Positions 48,721 through 60,642 of a stretch of DNA of 64,000 nt are shown here, one piece after another. The DNA is taken from the NCBI RefSeq assembly GCF_001447785.1, contig NW_015167588.1, forward strand, positions 131,884 through 195,883, in the 5' to 3' direction. Position 1 is the first letter of the stretch, and every line of letters starts with the position of its first letter. Under the pieces are notes generated by a model that saw only the letters and a program-made list of their open reading frames with translations, was not told the origin of the DNA and did no database searches. The position numbers and the translations under genes were made by a program. The DNA comes from Gekko japonicus. Taxonomy: Eukaryota.

Positions 48721-49087
48721 ATAAGGAAGGTGATTTCAGAGGGTACCAGAAGTTTAGTCCAGGAGGGGCTCAAAAGTGGCTTTCTCCAGGCCAGTTCTAC
48801 AAAACCAATCTATTCCAGGACTCTTGATACGAGACACAGTGATTTCAGCTTGGCTGAATTATGTGAGATGGCAAAACAGTATGTGTTTGTGAATGAAACA
48901 GAACAAAGAGCTGTATGCAAGATAAATGAAGATGCCTCTGTGCCAGAACAGATTCAGCTTTCCTGTGTTACAGAAAACGTCTCAAATGATACAAAGTTAA
49001 TAACATTAATGGGACATAAATATTTATTTCCACCCAAAAGCAGTTTTCTTTTATCTGATATTTCTTGTATGCAGCCACTTTTGAATT
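48721..49087 (+). CDS. METTL4: METTL4 coding exon 3
   Basis: IRKVISEGTRSLVQEGLKSGFL...LAELCEMAK...FPPKSSFLLSDISCMQPLLN. Confidence 0.95.
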
Positions 49088-49607
49088 GTAAGTACATTTC
49101 CTACTAAAAGTATGTTTTTCTGTGATCCATCAATATCGATGGACTTTTAGCATCAGTGTTTGGTTTGTTATTAACTAATTTTTATATTGACTCCTATGAG
49201 TGGGTTCTTGTTCTTCTCCAAGCATATACACTCTTCACTATGTTTCCTGTTACATCTTTGAAAAATATACTAATGTTAGATTAATACATGAGAACACGGT
49301 TAGTTCACTAATAATTGAGAAGGGTTTGATGATACCTTTGAAACTGGCATCTGGCCTGTTTGTTTGGATGAATATGAAACAGAGCCAAAAGTTTCAAAAG
49401 TATATATTTTATCTTTATGTTTGGGTAAAGTTGTCAACGTGAACTTACTAGAGCAGCAAAAATAAATCTTTAATTGTTGCTTTTAAAAGGAGGAATAATA
49501 CTATGTGTCAGGGTGTCTGAAAGCATGAAAGTCAGATGTTTACATTTCAAGAGCCAGTTGTATGTCTTATTTGAAAAAACAAACGGTTTTTTTTCTTAAC
49601 TTTTTAG

Positions 49608-49677
49608 ATAATAAAAAATTTGATGTAATTGTGATAGATCCACCATGGGAGAACAAGTCTGTTAAAAGAAGTAATCG
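49608..49677 (+). CDS. METTL4: METTL4 coding exon 4 (catalytic DPPW)
   Basis: NKKFDVIVIDPPWENKSVKRSN. Confidence 0.96.
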
Positions 49678-50406
49678 GTATGTTTACACATTTTAAAACT
49701 TATGTTTTCATTTTAAATACTGCCTCCTCTCTCCCCTCTTCTTTATTAATGCTATAGCTTTGTCTTAGTTTCATGGAGGTTGACAGCTAGTGGTTGCACC
49801 AGTGCAGTGAAGAGTTGTAGCTGTATATACCAGTGTATTTGCACCAATCACAGAGTCTGTTGCACAGGCTTTGGGACGACTGTCAGGCATCTTGGTGTTG
49901 TTTTCCCCTCCATGTTTCTTTTCTGATTGGAATTCTAAATGCTCCGATGATGAGCATTCTGTTAGGCACAACTGATGCATTAAAATGCATTGCCACAATT
50001 TTGTGTTGGCAAAACTTCACTTGCATAGAATTGCTTTCAGATTTCATATTAAAATTTTATAATGCAGTGGGGAATCTGGTCTTACAGCTTTCCAAGGCAA
50101 AGTATTATAGGTACAGTGGGACTTGGGGAGGGGTAGATGTGGGAGACTGCAGCATGCTTTTTAAGCAGTGGGCTGTGTTGAGGCTGGTTATGGCACTGAA
50201 ATAAATGGCCACTTCATAAATCAGAATATTAATTTATGGACAGTCTGATTCTCAAAGTGCTCTGCTGCTTCAGGGTTAATCAAACTAAAAAGAGGTCTGT
50301 GCCTGTGGAGAGCATTGATAATTTAAAGCTGCTCAGGTAGGCTCCTAATTAATTTTCATTTAAAAGATGTCAGGCAGGAAAAGCTAGTCCCTGAGTAAGG
50401 CGTGTA

Positions 50407-50795
50407 CAGGGCTATTTTTGGGCAAGAACGCACAGGAACACAGTTCCGGCTGGCTCCCAAGTTGGCCACACCCAGCAGGAACTCATTAACATAACAGGCC
50501 ACACCCAACAGCAGAAACTCATTAGGATTGGCTACACTGGGGTATCTGGCCTAACATGCAAAGGGTTCCTGCTACAAACAAAGTTTTGGGTTTTGACAAC
50601 AAGGTAAACAAAATAAGAAGCAAAAGGTGGGTGTGGCTGGATGACCACACTTCTGGCAACATGGGGGGTGGCCTAATATGTTAATATGATGTGCTATCGG
50701 GGGTGTGGCCTAATATGCTAATAGGTTTCTGCTGTTGGGTGTGGCCTATTATGCTAATGAGTTCCTGCTGGGCTTTTTCTTCAAAAAAAGCCCTG
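50407..50795. mobile_element. hAT MITE
   Basis: TIR CAGGGCTATTTTTG...CAAAAAAAGCCCTG; perfect TSD GGCGTGTA. Confidence 0.85.
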
Positions 50796-50972
50796 GGCGT
50801 GTACATTCCTTTCCAGTAAGGGATGTGTTGAAACAAGTTGAAGCAGCCTCACTCCAACATCTAGTGATGAGTGTCGGTTGCATCCACAGAAGAGGGAGAA
50901 GGGGGCTCTTTTACTTATTTCTCCCTCATTGTGGTGGCTCCCCATTCCATGGTGTGTTTTGTTAACAAGACT

Positions 50973-53221
50973 TTCTTTATTTCTTCTTTTGCACCTATTT
51001 CCAGTTTCTCTGATAGTAATGCTACTATCTCTTCTTTTAGATCATTTCCTTTTCTTTCCGGTATATTTTGGCATCGTACTATCATGGACGCCTTCTCGAT
51101 TTCCAACGTTATTAAAGATTGTTCTAATCTTTCAACATCTGCTTTATGTTCTAAAAATTCCTCTTTTAATTCCTTGTTTCCTTTTTCCAGTTTCCTTATA
51201 CTTTTAGTATTTTTGTCAATTTCTTGCTTGTAACTATCTAGTTTACTTTTTACTCCTTCTGTCTCTTTAAATATTGCATCCATTTTTGCTTGCATTGGTT
51301 TCAGTTCAGCTTTCATCACCATTGGCAACATTTGCTCCATTGTTTCCTTCACAGCAGTAGTTACTGCTTACTTAACCGAGATTTGTACTGTCTCTTATAC
51401 CATGTTTTGAATCCAATCTTTTAGATCTGTTTTGAGGTCGTCTATTGTTGTCGTTACTTTAGGATTCAATGTTTGCTGTATAGTTGTTTGGATTTTTGGT
51501 GAGGGGACCGAGCTTTTTCTGGGTGGTAGACCTGAAGCCATCTCGCATTTATCTATTTTGTAGTGTTTAATATTTCTAATTTTAATTTGTAAATTAATAC
51601 GTTTTGTTAAGTGCAGTTTTTGAAATTTGTTCATCTACTATCAGTTAAGGGCTTGGGTTGTATCTTTATGTATTTTGTTTACTTCTCCTATTTTCTGTTC
51701 TTTGTACTCCTCCCTCGTTATTATTATTTTGTATTTTGTTTACTTCTCCTATTCTCTATTTTTTTTTAAATTTATACTTTCCCCTTCTGAACTATTCTGT
51801 TCAATCTGCCGGGCTGCTCTTATTTCTAACTATTCTAATCCCTCTTCCTTAACTAAACTTTTTTCACTCTTTATCCTGCTCAATAGCAATAGCAATGGCA
51901 AAAACAAACTCAATGGCAATAACAAAACAATAACAAATCATCCAGCGTTTAATCGTCCAATTAGTTCTGTCAGGTTGCCGGTGCTCCTCTTCCGTCTACT
52001 GTCTCTCAGACTGCTGACACTCGTTCCTCTCCAGTCTATGCCTGCTCGCCCTTTAATCTTCTGTGTCTCTCCGTCCTGCAGCCTCTTTTATCCTCCGACA
52101 CTCCGTCGCTGGGTTCATACAACCAGATCAATCAGAAAGGGAGAAGTTAGCTTAATCTTAAATAAATCTTAGATAAGATTTAATTCGCTATCCTTTCTTT
52201 TTATTATTATTTTATTTGTAGTTCACGTCCCTCCCCCTCTTCTTCCCGTTTCCCCTTTCTTCCTGCTTCTATCCTACCGTTATGCCCCTTTCGCACGCTT
52301 GCGTTCTTATCCGCTTATCAGCCTTGTCAACCTTCCTGTTATTTTAGTCTAGAGAAAAAAATCACACGTTTAACTGTCTCCTTCTCTCCCGTCCTTTTCT
52401 CTCCCATAGTGAGAATCCCCTGTCACTTATCTTCTAGTTATTTTCCGGCGTTTGTTTCTGGCCGTGTTGAGTTTTCTGTTACTCTGCCCCCGGCTCGCCC
52501 GTCGCTGTGTCTCTTCTGTTTACTTCCGTCCGTCTGCTCTCCCCGTCACTTCCGCTCCGTCTCCGCGTCCCAGCGCTCCTTGGCCAGCCGCGCCCAGTTT
52601 ACTCTCCTGAAGACCTCTCGCTGCTCGTCTCCTGCTCTCCTGCCGTCCTCCTCTACTTGTTCTCCGAGACCTGAATTCCAGCTATATCAAACAACAAACA
52701 GCAAACCGCATTAGCTAAGTTCCAAACGTTCCACTATATTTTCTCTTGTTTACCCCCCTTCCCTTTTTTTTTCTCTTCCCGAGTGCTTTATTTTTTTTCC
52801 GAGTAACCGCTTATTCCCAAGGAAGGGGCCAAGTTTAACTCACTCTGCCTACCCTTCTATCTCCCCCTTGCCAAAGTTTCCTAGGTTTATAGAACTGAAA
52901 ATAGCACTTATCTGCGGTTGTTCTTGTTGGGTTTCTTTGCTAGCCGATGTTCCTGGTTAGCGTTGGCCGCAACGCTCGTCTTTCTCCCCGTCGTTTCCTT
53001 CGGGTTCCCCACTGGGCTCCTCTGCTTCGGTGCCACTCCAATTTTTCCACACCTGTTCGCCTCACAGCTATGGTTGAAGAAGCCCCCTGCTTCCCTCCTA
53101 TTCAGGAAAAGTCTCAGAGAATCTTTGTCCCCCTCTTCAAGAGAGAACAGCCCTGGTTCAGTAGTTTGTGACGGAGCAACTCCACACCCAACTACTCTCG
53201 ACGAGCTCCGGCGGCCATTTT
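50973..53221 (-). mobile_element. L1-like LINE 5' portion (long 5'UTR + partial ORF1), 3'-truncated, between 149-bp direct repeats
   Basis: Starts AAAAATGGCCGCC; ORF1 from ATG 51541 with two in-frame TAA, coiled coil then VRCQNIPERKGNDL; direct repeats 50824-50972 and 53222-53370 differ at one position. Confidence 0.78.
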
Positions 53222-54175
53222 TGTGTTGAAACAAGTTGAAGCAGCCTCACTCCAACATCTAGTGATGAGTGTCGGTTGCATCCACAGAAGAGGGAGAAAG
53301 GGGCTCTTTTACTTATTTCTCCCTCATTGTGGTGGCTCCCCATTCCATGGTGTGTTTTGTTAACAAGACTGATTGTCTAAGCAGATTTCTATGACAAAAC
53401 AGTTTGGGGAAGGTGGGGAAAGACTTGTTCCACTAACTCATTCCTCAGGCTTCCCCAGTCAGGAGTTATATTTTTAAAAAACTATCTGTGTAATCTGTTG
53501 TAAATGTGTATTACTGCTATTTTAATCACTTGTTGAATGGCTGTCTTCTGGCACCTATTAACGTTCACATCTGTCATTTTATTTCTGTCCTTTGGAAGGA
53601 GCGTTTCCATCAGTATTTACAAAACGTGTTTTGCAACATTTTGTGCATAAAATGGACAATCTCAGTTGCGTTGCACACTGACAGTTACCAAGGAGGAGAG
53701 AGAGAGAGAGTGTGTACGTGTCTGCATTTTGCCCCCCTTTTGACTCTGTTCTTTCCAGGCTCATGAAGAATGGTGCTGGCTTCTCTCTCTCAGCATGATG
53801 GCAGCACTGGCTGGGAAGAAAAGCTGCAGCATGTAGAAGGAGGGGGAAGGCTCACCTTCTGGCTCTCTTGCCCTGCTGTCTCTGTCACTAGGAAGTAAAA
53901 TAAGGGGCGCAGCTGGCTTTCCAAACGTAGCCTTGCCCTTCATCCACGAGCTGTCAGTGGGAAGTGCTTAAAGTTAACCTTTCCCACTCTTTCGACATAA
54001 GTGCAAAGCCCACAAAAACAAATACAAGAAGTTCCTGACTTACTGAAATCGGGGAAGCTACGTTGTCTGAGAAAAGCCAATCCTTGTCTACTCCTTCTGT
54101 TTACTTCTACATAACCTCTGGGCAATGATGGGCCAAATGGTAGACCTGGACGTAAAGCACTGCCATAGTCACAGC

Positions 54176-54383
54176 CAGGGTTCCCCCTCAGCTGAGTTAG
54201 TGTGAGCTAGCTCACAGTTTTCTAGCCTCCAGCTCACAGATTTTTTTGCCCTAGCTCAGGAAGGATGTCTCTAGAGCAAACTAATTTATGCAGTAGCCAA
54301 ACTGCGCACTCACAACTTTAACGCCAGTAGCTCACAAAGTAGAATTTTTGCTCACAAGACTCCACAGCTTAGAGGGAGCATGG
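54176..54383 (+). mobile_element. hAT MITE family A, copy 3
   Basis: Same body as the 37385 copy; perfect TSD GTCACAGC. Confidence 0.85.
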
Positions 54384-54826
54384 GTCACAGCTGATGAACA
54401 ACAGCAACAGGATGGCATTGATTTGCCTTCATTCCCTGTTACATATTGGAGCATAGATTACAAGGTTTAAACGGCTGTACAGGGAGAGTGACATAAATAT
54501 TCTGCATTGTAAAGAAAAATTGCAATATAATGTTTACATCCTGCAGAAGTTCATTTTCCTAGCACAAATGTCTCTGGAAATGGAAGACTGCTTTTGTTAG
54601 CGTTGCTAAGCTCCCTAGATCAGAACGGAAGGAAAGGGGGACCCATCTTGAATGCCAACAGATTTCACCACTGGATGTCACTCTTGCCTCAGATTTTAAT
54701 TTGTGTAAATTTTGGTGCTAGAAGAAGTTTGTGAAAGGTGGTCAGAATAAATGCAGAAGTATATTTGCCACCGTTCTCTTTTCTAGCTCTGGGCCTGTTC
54801 AAACATTCTGCATATATCCAATGTAG

Positions 54827-55001
54827 GTATAGCTACTTGCCACCATGGCAAATCAAGCAAATTCCCGTGCCAGCCCTGGCAGCCCCAGAGTGCCTTGTGG
54901 TCACATGGGTGACTAACAGACAGAAGCATCTCCATTTTGTAAAGGATGAACTTTATCCCCACTGGGCTGTGCATGGAGTAGTAGAGTGGTATTGGGTGAA
55001 G
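54827..55001 (+). CDS. METTL4: METTL4 coding exon 5
   Basis: YSYLPPWQIKQIPVPALAAPECLVVTWVTNRQKHLHFVKDELYPHWAVHGVVEWYWVK. Confidence 0.96.
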
Positions 55002-55255
55002 GTAAGTGATTAACCTTTTTTCCTTCTGTTTTCTTGATCAGTGTATTTTAAAGATGTATTCCCAAGGGTTTTGCGGATAGCATTTGAAATATATGGATTG
55101 TAAAACATTTTACCACCTTTCATTTAGTTTTTTTATATTCTCTTCCAGTACATCCTTATTTCACATATGCCATCTAATGACAAAATATTATTAGGATATA
55201 TTAATAGAAAATTAATTTGCACTCATAGAATTGATTTCCATTTTCTTTGCATCAG

Positions 55256-55362
55256 ATTACAAGGTCTGGAGAGTTTGTGTTTCCATTGGAGTCTTCTCAC
55301 AAGAAGCCTTATGAAATTCTTGTATTGGGCAGAATCCAAGGAAGTACAGATATGCCATTAAG
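55256..55362 (+). CDS. METTL4: METTL4 coding exon 6
   Basis: ITRSGEFVFPLESSHKKPYEILVLGRIQGSTDMPL. Confidence 0.95.
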
Positions 55363-56600
55363 GTACACATATGGAATCCATTGATCGCTGTGTTTTATTA
55401 ATGTATGCATGGTTATATGGCAATCATTAGATATTCTCAACTGAGATTGCAGACAAGTTTCAAAGGAGTAGGCAACAGCCTTTTCTAACAAAATCGTTTC
55501 TCAAAGCTTACTGAAGTACACTTTATACTCCAGTCTCTATGAACGGCTTGATTTAAGAAAGAGAGCGAACGCTCCAGTCTTCTCCTTTCAACCTCCTCTG
55601 GCCTCTTATGTTAGTGGCCAGCATGCTTCTTGTTTACCGTGGTGCTACTCAGTTATCAAAGACATGGCATGGGTAAGTCTTGTAAGCAGATGCCTTTTAA
55701 CTCATAGCTAACTATTACTAAATGGGTGGGTAAGATGTCATTGCAGAGCCAAGTTCATCCTATTTCCTTTCCCCTAGCAGAGTTTAATCAATGTATATGG
55801 AGGCAGGGTCTTGAATTCAAGGAGCTACGTAGTCTCAGGCAAGGCCAGTGGACTATTCCCCCCCCGCCACCTTTTTTGTTGTTGTTGCTCTGAACAGGTG
55901 ACTCACAGACAGTGTCACAGGCTGCTTTTGAAAATCTGCTTTTTATTTGAGCAGCTTTTGGGTGGGGGAGCTGCTGTGTGTTTGTATGTCTAAAGCCCCT
56001 TGGGCTTTCTAGAAGTAACTTCCACCTGTCACTGAAGATGCTGAGAACTTGTGGCTTACTGAAGATGCATACCTCCTGTATTAGTGGGGAAAATATCTGA
56101 TTTTGGCATAGACATAGGATCATAATAGCAAAACAAGCAATCTTCTGAGGGCAAAATATAAGCCCATTAATTCTGATACCTACCTAGATCTTCCCTGCAC
56201 CATGTCATGTTAGCCCCTGAGGGCTATTGGTTGCTGTTGCATGACGGATTTTTGTTGCTACTGAATTAGATATAGACTTGTTCATTCAGGGCATGTAATA
56301 TTCTACAGCTGAAACTGAGATATTGATTGAGCTATGTTTGTGTTTATCTTCCGTAGTCTTATTCCTTCATTGACTTTTACAGAAGTTTAAGCAGATTTAT
56401 AAGATGCCCTTTATCTTTCAAGAAATCAAATACACTCAACATGTAGCTATTTTGTTCTCTGAAGCTTACAGTGCTGGATGACAATGAGAGAACTTACTGT
56501 TATTATTATGTTTGAGAAAAATGAATCTTTATCAAGGTATTTCAGTTTCCTGTTTGAGCGTCTGTCTTTCTCTCTCTTTCATTATGATTTATATAACAAG

Positions 56601-56689
56601 ATCGGGAGATGAAGCACTTCCAATTCCAGACCATAAATTAATTGTGAGTGTCCCTTCTACTCTTCATTCACATAAGCCTCCTCTTACAG
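56601..56689 (+). CDS. METTL4: METTL4 coding exon 7
   Basis: SGDEALPIPDHKLIVSVPSTLHSHKPPLT then GTATGA donor; acceptor position less certain. Confidence 0.88.
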
Positions 56690-58165
56690 GTATGATCTCA
56701 AAACAGCTCTGTAAAGCTCAACATGTGTTAAGTTTGTAATTTTTAAATACCTGTACTGCTACTTTGTAGGCTGAATGTTTTTGTTTCTGTGGAATTTTAA
56801 ATTTTCGAGCATGGTAAATTACAGGGATAAGAACTTGCTGAAGATCTTCATGTTTTAATTAGGTACCTGGGTGTGGATTTCACTCACTGCATTTCAAGCT
56901 GGATAACTTCTGCCAGAGATGCAGTGTACTGGCTCTCTGTTTATACTGTGCAACAGTCATAGCTAATTTCAAAATGAGTTTGACATTGAAGAGATGATTG
57001 GCAGATATATTAGTTCAACACGCTTTCTACTGCTGGCGTTTACTGAACTTGAGACACATTTTGTTTGGATTTGGGATTCTTCTGGTCCAATTCAAGATGC
57101 TGCTTCCTGCCTAAATGTTTATTACCGTGGAACTCTAGTTCTGGGAAAACAGCATTTGAATGAATCATCTCAACTATGTCAGGCAAGTTCAGTTGAATGA
57201 AGGAAGCTGAGCTTTCAGGGTTCTTAGGCTAACTATAAGGTGGGAGAGAGAGAGAGAGAGAGAGCAGCGACTCTTTGTAGGGAGGCCCTGCTTCGCAAGA
57301 CAAGGGAAGGAGACTCTCTTCCTCTTTCAGCCACAGCAAGTGATAGAGCTTGTGGACCGATCATTGTAACTTGTAAAAAAGTCCATTATAGTTCTAAATA
57401 TTGATATATACAGCCCCTTCTTTAAGTATGCTCCTAAATAGAGTGCACTTACGCAGATGTATGCTATCAAGACAATGTTTGCAAATGCTGTAAAAAAATT
57501 CTGTATTTGCTAACTACCAGTGGTAGCTTCTGCAAAAAAGGGGGGCAGTGTTTGACCTTACCACATAAGCTGAGGTTGCACCGGGCAGGCATTTTTGAAT
57601 AGCAGTGGTATCTGGCACGGGGTGATGATGTTGATGCGGCTGACCATTGAACAGCTGCATACCTGGTTGGTAGAGTCATGGGGAACACACCGAAATTAGG
57701 ATGAAAAGCCATGTTCTCATTCCCTTGTTAAATCATTTCCCAGGGCCTGTTTTCAGAATGCCAGCTAGACTATAAAAGGAAAAATCCTTTTGAGAATCAA
57801 AAGAAAAGAGGATAAGAAAACAGCTATGTTTCTTGTTATGGATTCTATCTTCATTAAGACTTGGCAAATGCAAACAGTAAATTGGCAACATTTTAGAAAA
57901 ACGTATATATAAAGCAGAATAGGAAAAACAGTATGTGAATGGATAGCATATTGAAGTCAGTGTCCTATGTTGTCTTATATGAAATGATTTTTGCAGGGGA
58001 AATCTCAATTGTGTTTATTTATTACGGTGGACTGAATAAACCATAACTAGGTAAGAAAGATAACAGTTATTGTGGAGGTTTCTGGAAAATGGTAACTGCG
58101 TGTTCGGCACCTTCTAACTTCTTCTCCCCTATCCAAAATATCATAATGCCCCAATGTAAATAAAG

Positions 58166-58645
58166 ACGAAGAAGAAGAGTTGGTTTTTATACCCTGCTTT
58201 TCTCTACCTTAAGGAGTCTCAGAGCGGCTTACAATCTCCTTTGCTTCCTCTCTTCACAACAGGCACCTTGTGAAGTGGGGGGGCTGAGAGCGTTCAGAGA
58301 GAACTGTGATTGGCCCAAGGTCTCCCAGCAGGCTTCATGTAGAAGAGTAGGGAATCAAGCCTGATTGTCAGATTACAGGCACCTTGTGAAGTGGGGGGGC
58401 TGAGAGCGTTCAGAGAGAACTGTGACTGGCCCAAGGTCTCCCAGCAGGCTTCATGTAGAAGAGTGGGGAATCAAGCCTGATTCTCAGATTACAGGCACCT
58501 TGTGAAGTGGGAAGGCTGAGAGCGTTCAGAGAGAACTGTGACTGGCCCAAGGTCTCCCAGCAGGCTTCATGTAGAAGAGTGGGGAATCAAGCCTGATTCT
58601 CAGATTACAGGCCACGGCTCCTAGTGACTACACCACACTGGCTCT
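58166..58645 (-). mobile_element. tRNA-derived SINE with internal 116-bp tandem triplication
   Basis: Units start at 58259, 58375 and 58491; A-box GGTGTAGT near 58635; (TCT)n tail on the minus strand. Confidence 0.85.
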
Positions 58646-59085
58646 CATACGTATACATGTAAAAGATGTGTATAGAATTAGAAAAAGGTATGAGCAAAAC
58701 AAATGCAACAAATAATCAGGGTTAAAGAGTGCCTCCTGCATATAGAATTGCTTTTTTTCAATCATTTTAAAACATTTTTAAAGGTGTGTGCTCTTTTAAA
58801 CAGAGTGGGGTGCTGTAGTTGACTAATTCCTTCACTGAGCAAGGGGACTGGAGTAGGTGACCTCTAGGATCCCTTCTAACTCAGTGTCAAGAAACTGGCC
58901 TCCTTTAAGAGAGCTTTTCTGCCCAAGTGTTAGTTTTCTTGACTATAGAAGTCATCACCCCCACCTGCCGGCTTGTTATCAGAATTGTTACTTAAGCTGG
59001 CAAAAATGATTAACTTGCAGCAGCTGAGAACTGTTATCTAAAGTGGTTGACAGCTTGCAATTTAAAGATCTATCCTGGTAGCAGC

Positions 59086-59291
59086 CAGTGTTCCCTCTAT
59101 GCTGAATTAGTGTCAGCTAGCTCAGAGTTTTTTATCCTCTGGCTCACACATTTTTGTCTTAGCTCAGGAAGGATGGCTCTAGAGCAAACTAATTTATGCA
59201 GTAGCCAAATTGCTTGCACACAGCTTTAATGCCAGTAGCTCACAAAGTAGAATTTTTGCTCACAAGACTCCACAGCTTAGAGGAAGCATTG
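59086..59291 (+). mobile_element. hAT MITE family A, copy 4 (nested in an older repeat)
   Basis: Same body as the other copies; TSD GTAGCAGC/GTAAAAGC. Confidence 0.82.
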
Positions 59292-60425
59292 GTAAAAGCT
59301 TTCTGTTGGCGAAATGGCTTTCCTTTCTGCACTGAGAACTTGAGCCCCACCAGAAAAAAAAAATGTCCCACAAGCCACAAGGTCTTGGCTACGGGCCTGC
59401 ATAGGATGTGAAGTAATGAGTGGCAGAAGATTTGCAATTGGGAACTCTTCTGCTTTTTTTCTTTCTCCACAATGAGGAACCAAAATGGCATATGTCATTC
59501 TTCCATCCTCCCTTTTAGCCTCACAACAGCCCTGTGAGGTACGTTAGGCTGAGTTTGTGTGACTGGCCCAAGGTCACCCAGCAGTCTTCCATGACAGAGT
59601 GGGGATTTGAATCTAGTTCTCTCAGATCCTAGTCCAACACTAGCCACTATACCACACTGTTTCTTTGCCATTGAAACTAGCCATGGGAATGAAACAGATC
59701 ACAGTCAAGGCTTTGAGAAGACAGAGTTTACACTTTCCCTGTACTGTCCTTTGTGACCTTTCCCTCAGCTGGTATTTGCCCTGTATAGGAGAAATATATG
59801 GATACTTGGCTGACATTTGCCCTGCAGGGAAAAACAAGTGTCTGTGCTTTTCTTCCACTCGGGGCAAACATTAGATGGGGAGGTGAACTGATTTTAAACT
59901 GGTGGAAATGGGACTGCAGACAGGATTAACACAGAGCATGCCATGGTCTTCTATTTCTGCTGCCTGTTCCCTCCCCTTAAAAAAAAAAGCAGGAAATCCT
60001 GATCAGCCTTGTCCTGTGTTGTATCTGTTTTGACACTGAATATAACTAGGATACGTGAGTCTTTAGCTTTAAAAGGCATGCTATTTGAAGTGCTAATTAA
60101 AAGAAATAGTTTTGTTTTGCCTAAAGGAAAAAACTGAACTTTGCTTACAAGGAGTAAAGAAGCTAGAAAGTACACAAAACTAAACAGAACCAGTAAGAAT
60201 TAGCATGTATCTTGGGAAGAAATCACCTGGAAAATTTTTGCAGTCATGTGTTTTGGCTAGAAAAACAAGTCTGATTCAGCCATACTGCAGCTATTATGAT
60301 TTATCTTTTCTTCCAGAACAATTAGAGATTTGCCACTGAGACAGAAATTTGGGTAGAAGAAAGCCATCTCTGGAGGGTCACGTAGGGCAATACAGTCAAA
60401 TTCAGGGAACTGAACTTCAGACTAA

Positions 60426-60642
60426 ACATAAGAACATAAGAGAAGCCAATGTTGGATCAGGCCAATAGCCCATCCAGTCCAACACTCTGTCACACAGTGG
60501 CCAAAAATACCAGGTGCCATCAGGAGGTCCAGCAATGGGGCCAGGACACTAGAAGCCCTCCCACTGTTGACCCCCCCAAACACCAAGAAGACAGAGCATC
60601 ACTTGGCCCAGAGTCCCTATCTATACCTTGTGGCTAATAGCT
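60426..60642 (-). mobile_element. CR1-type LINE 3' end
   Basis: (ACATAAGA)n terminal octamer repeat followed by GGATCAGGCCAATAGCCCATCCAGTCC stem-loop. Confidence 0.65.

Larger units (their letters stand above)
43752..56689 (+). other. METTL4: METTL4 (MT-A70 family N6-adenine methyltransferase) gene, coding span in window; last exon not found
   Basis: Seven phase-consistent coding exons including the DPPW catalytic motif; head-to-head with NDC80 as in human. Confidence 0.95.

Noticed and set aside
58259-58612. CRISPR-like regular repeats
   Set aside because: Contiguous 116-bp tandem units with no unique spacers, inside a SINE; no cas genes
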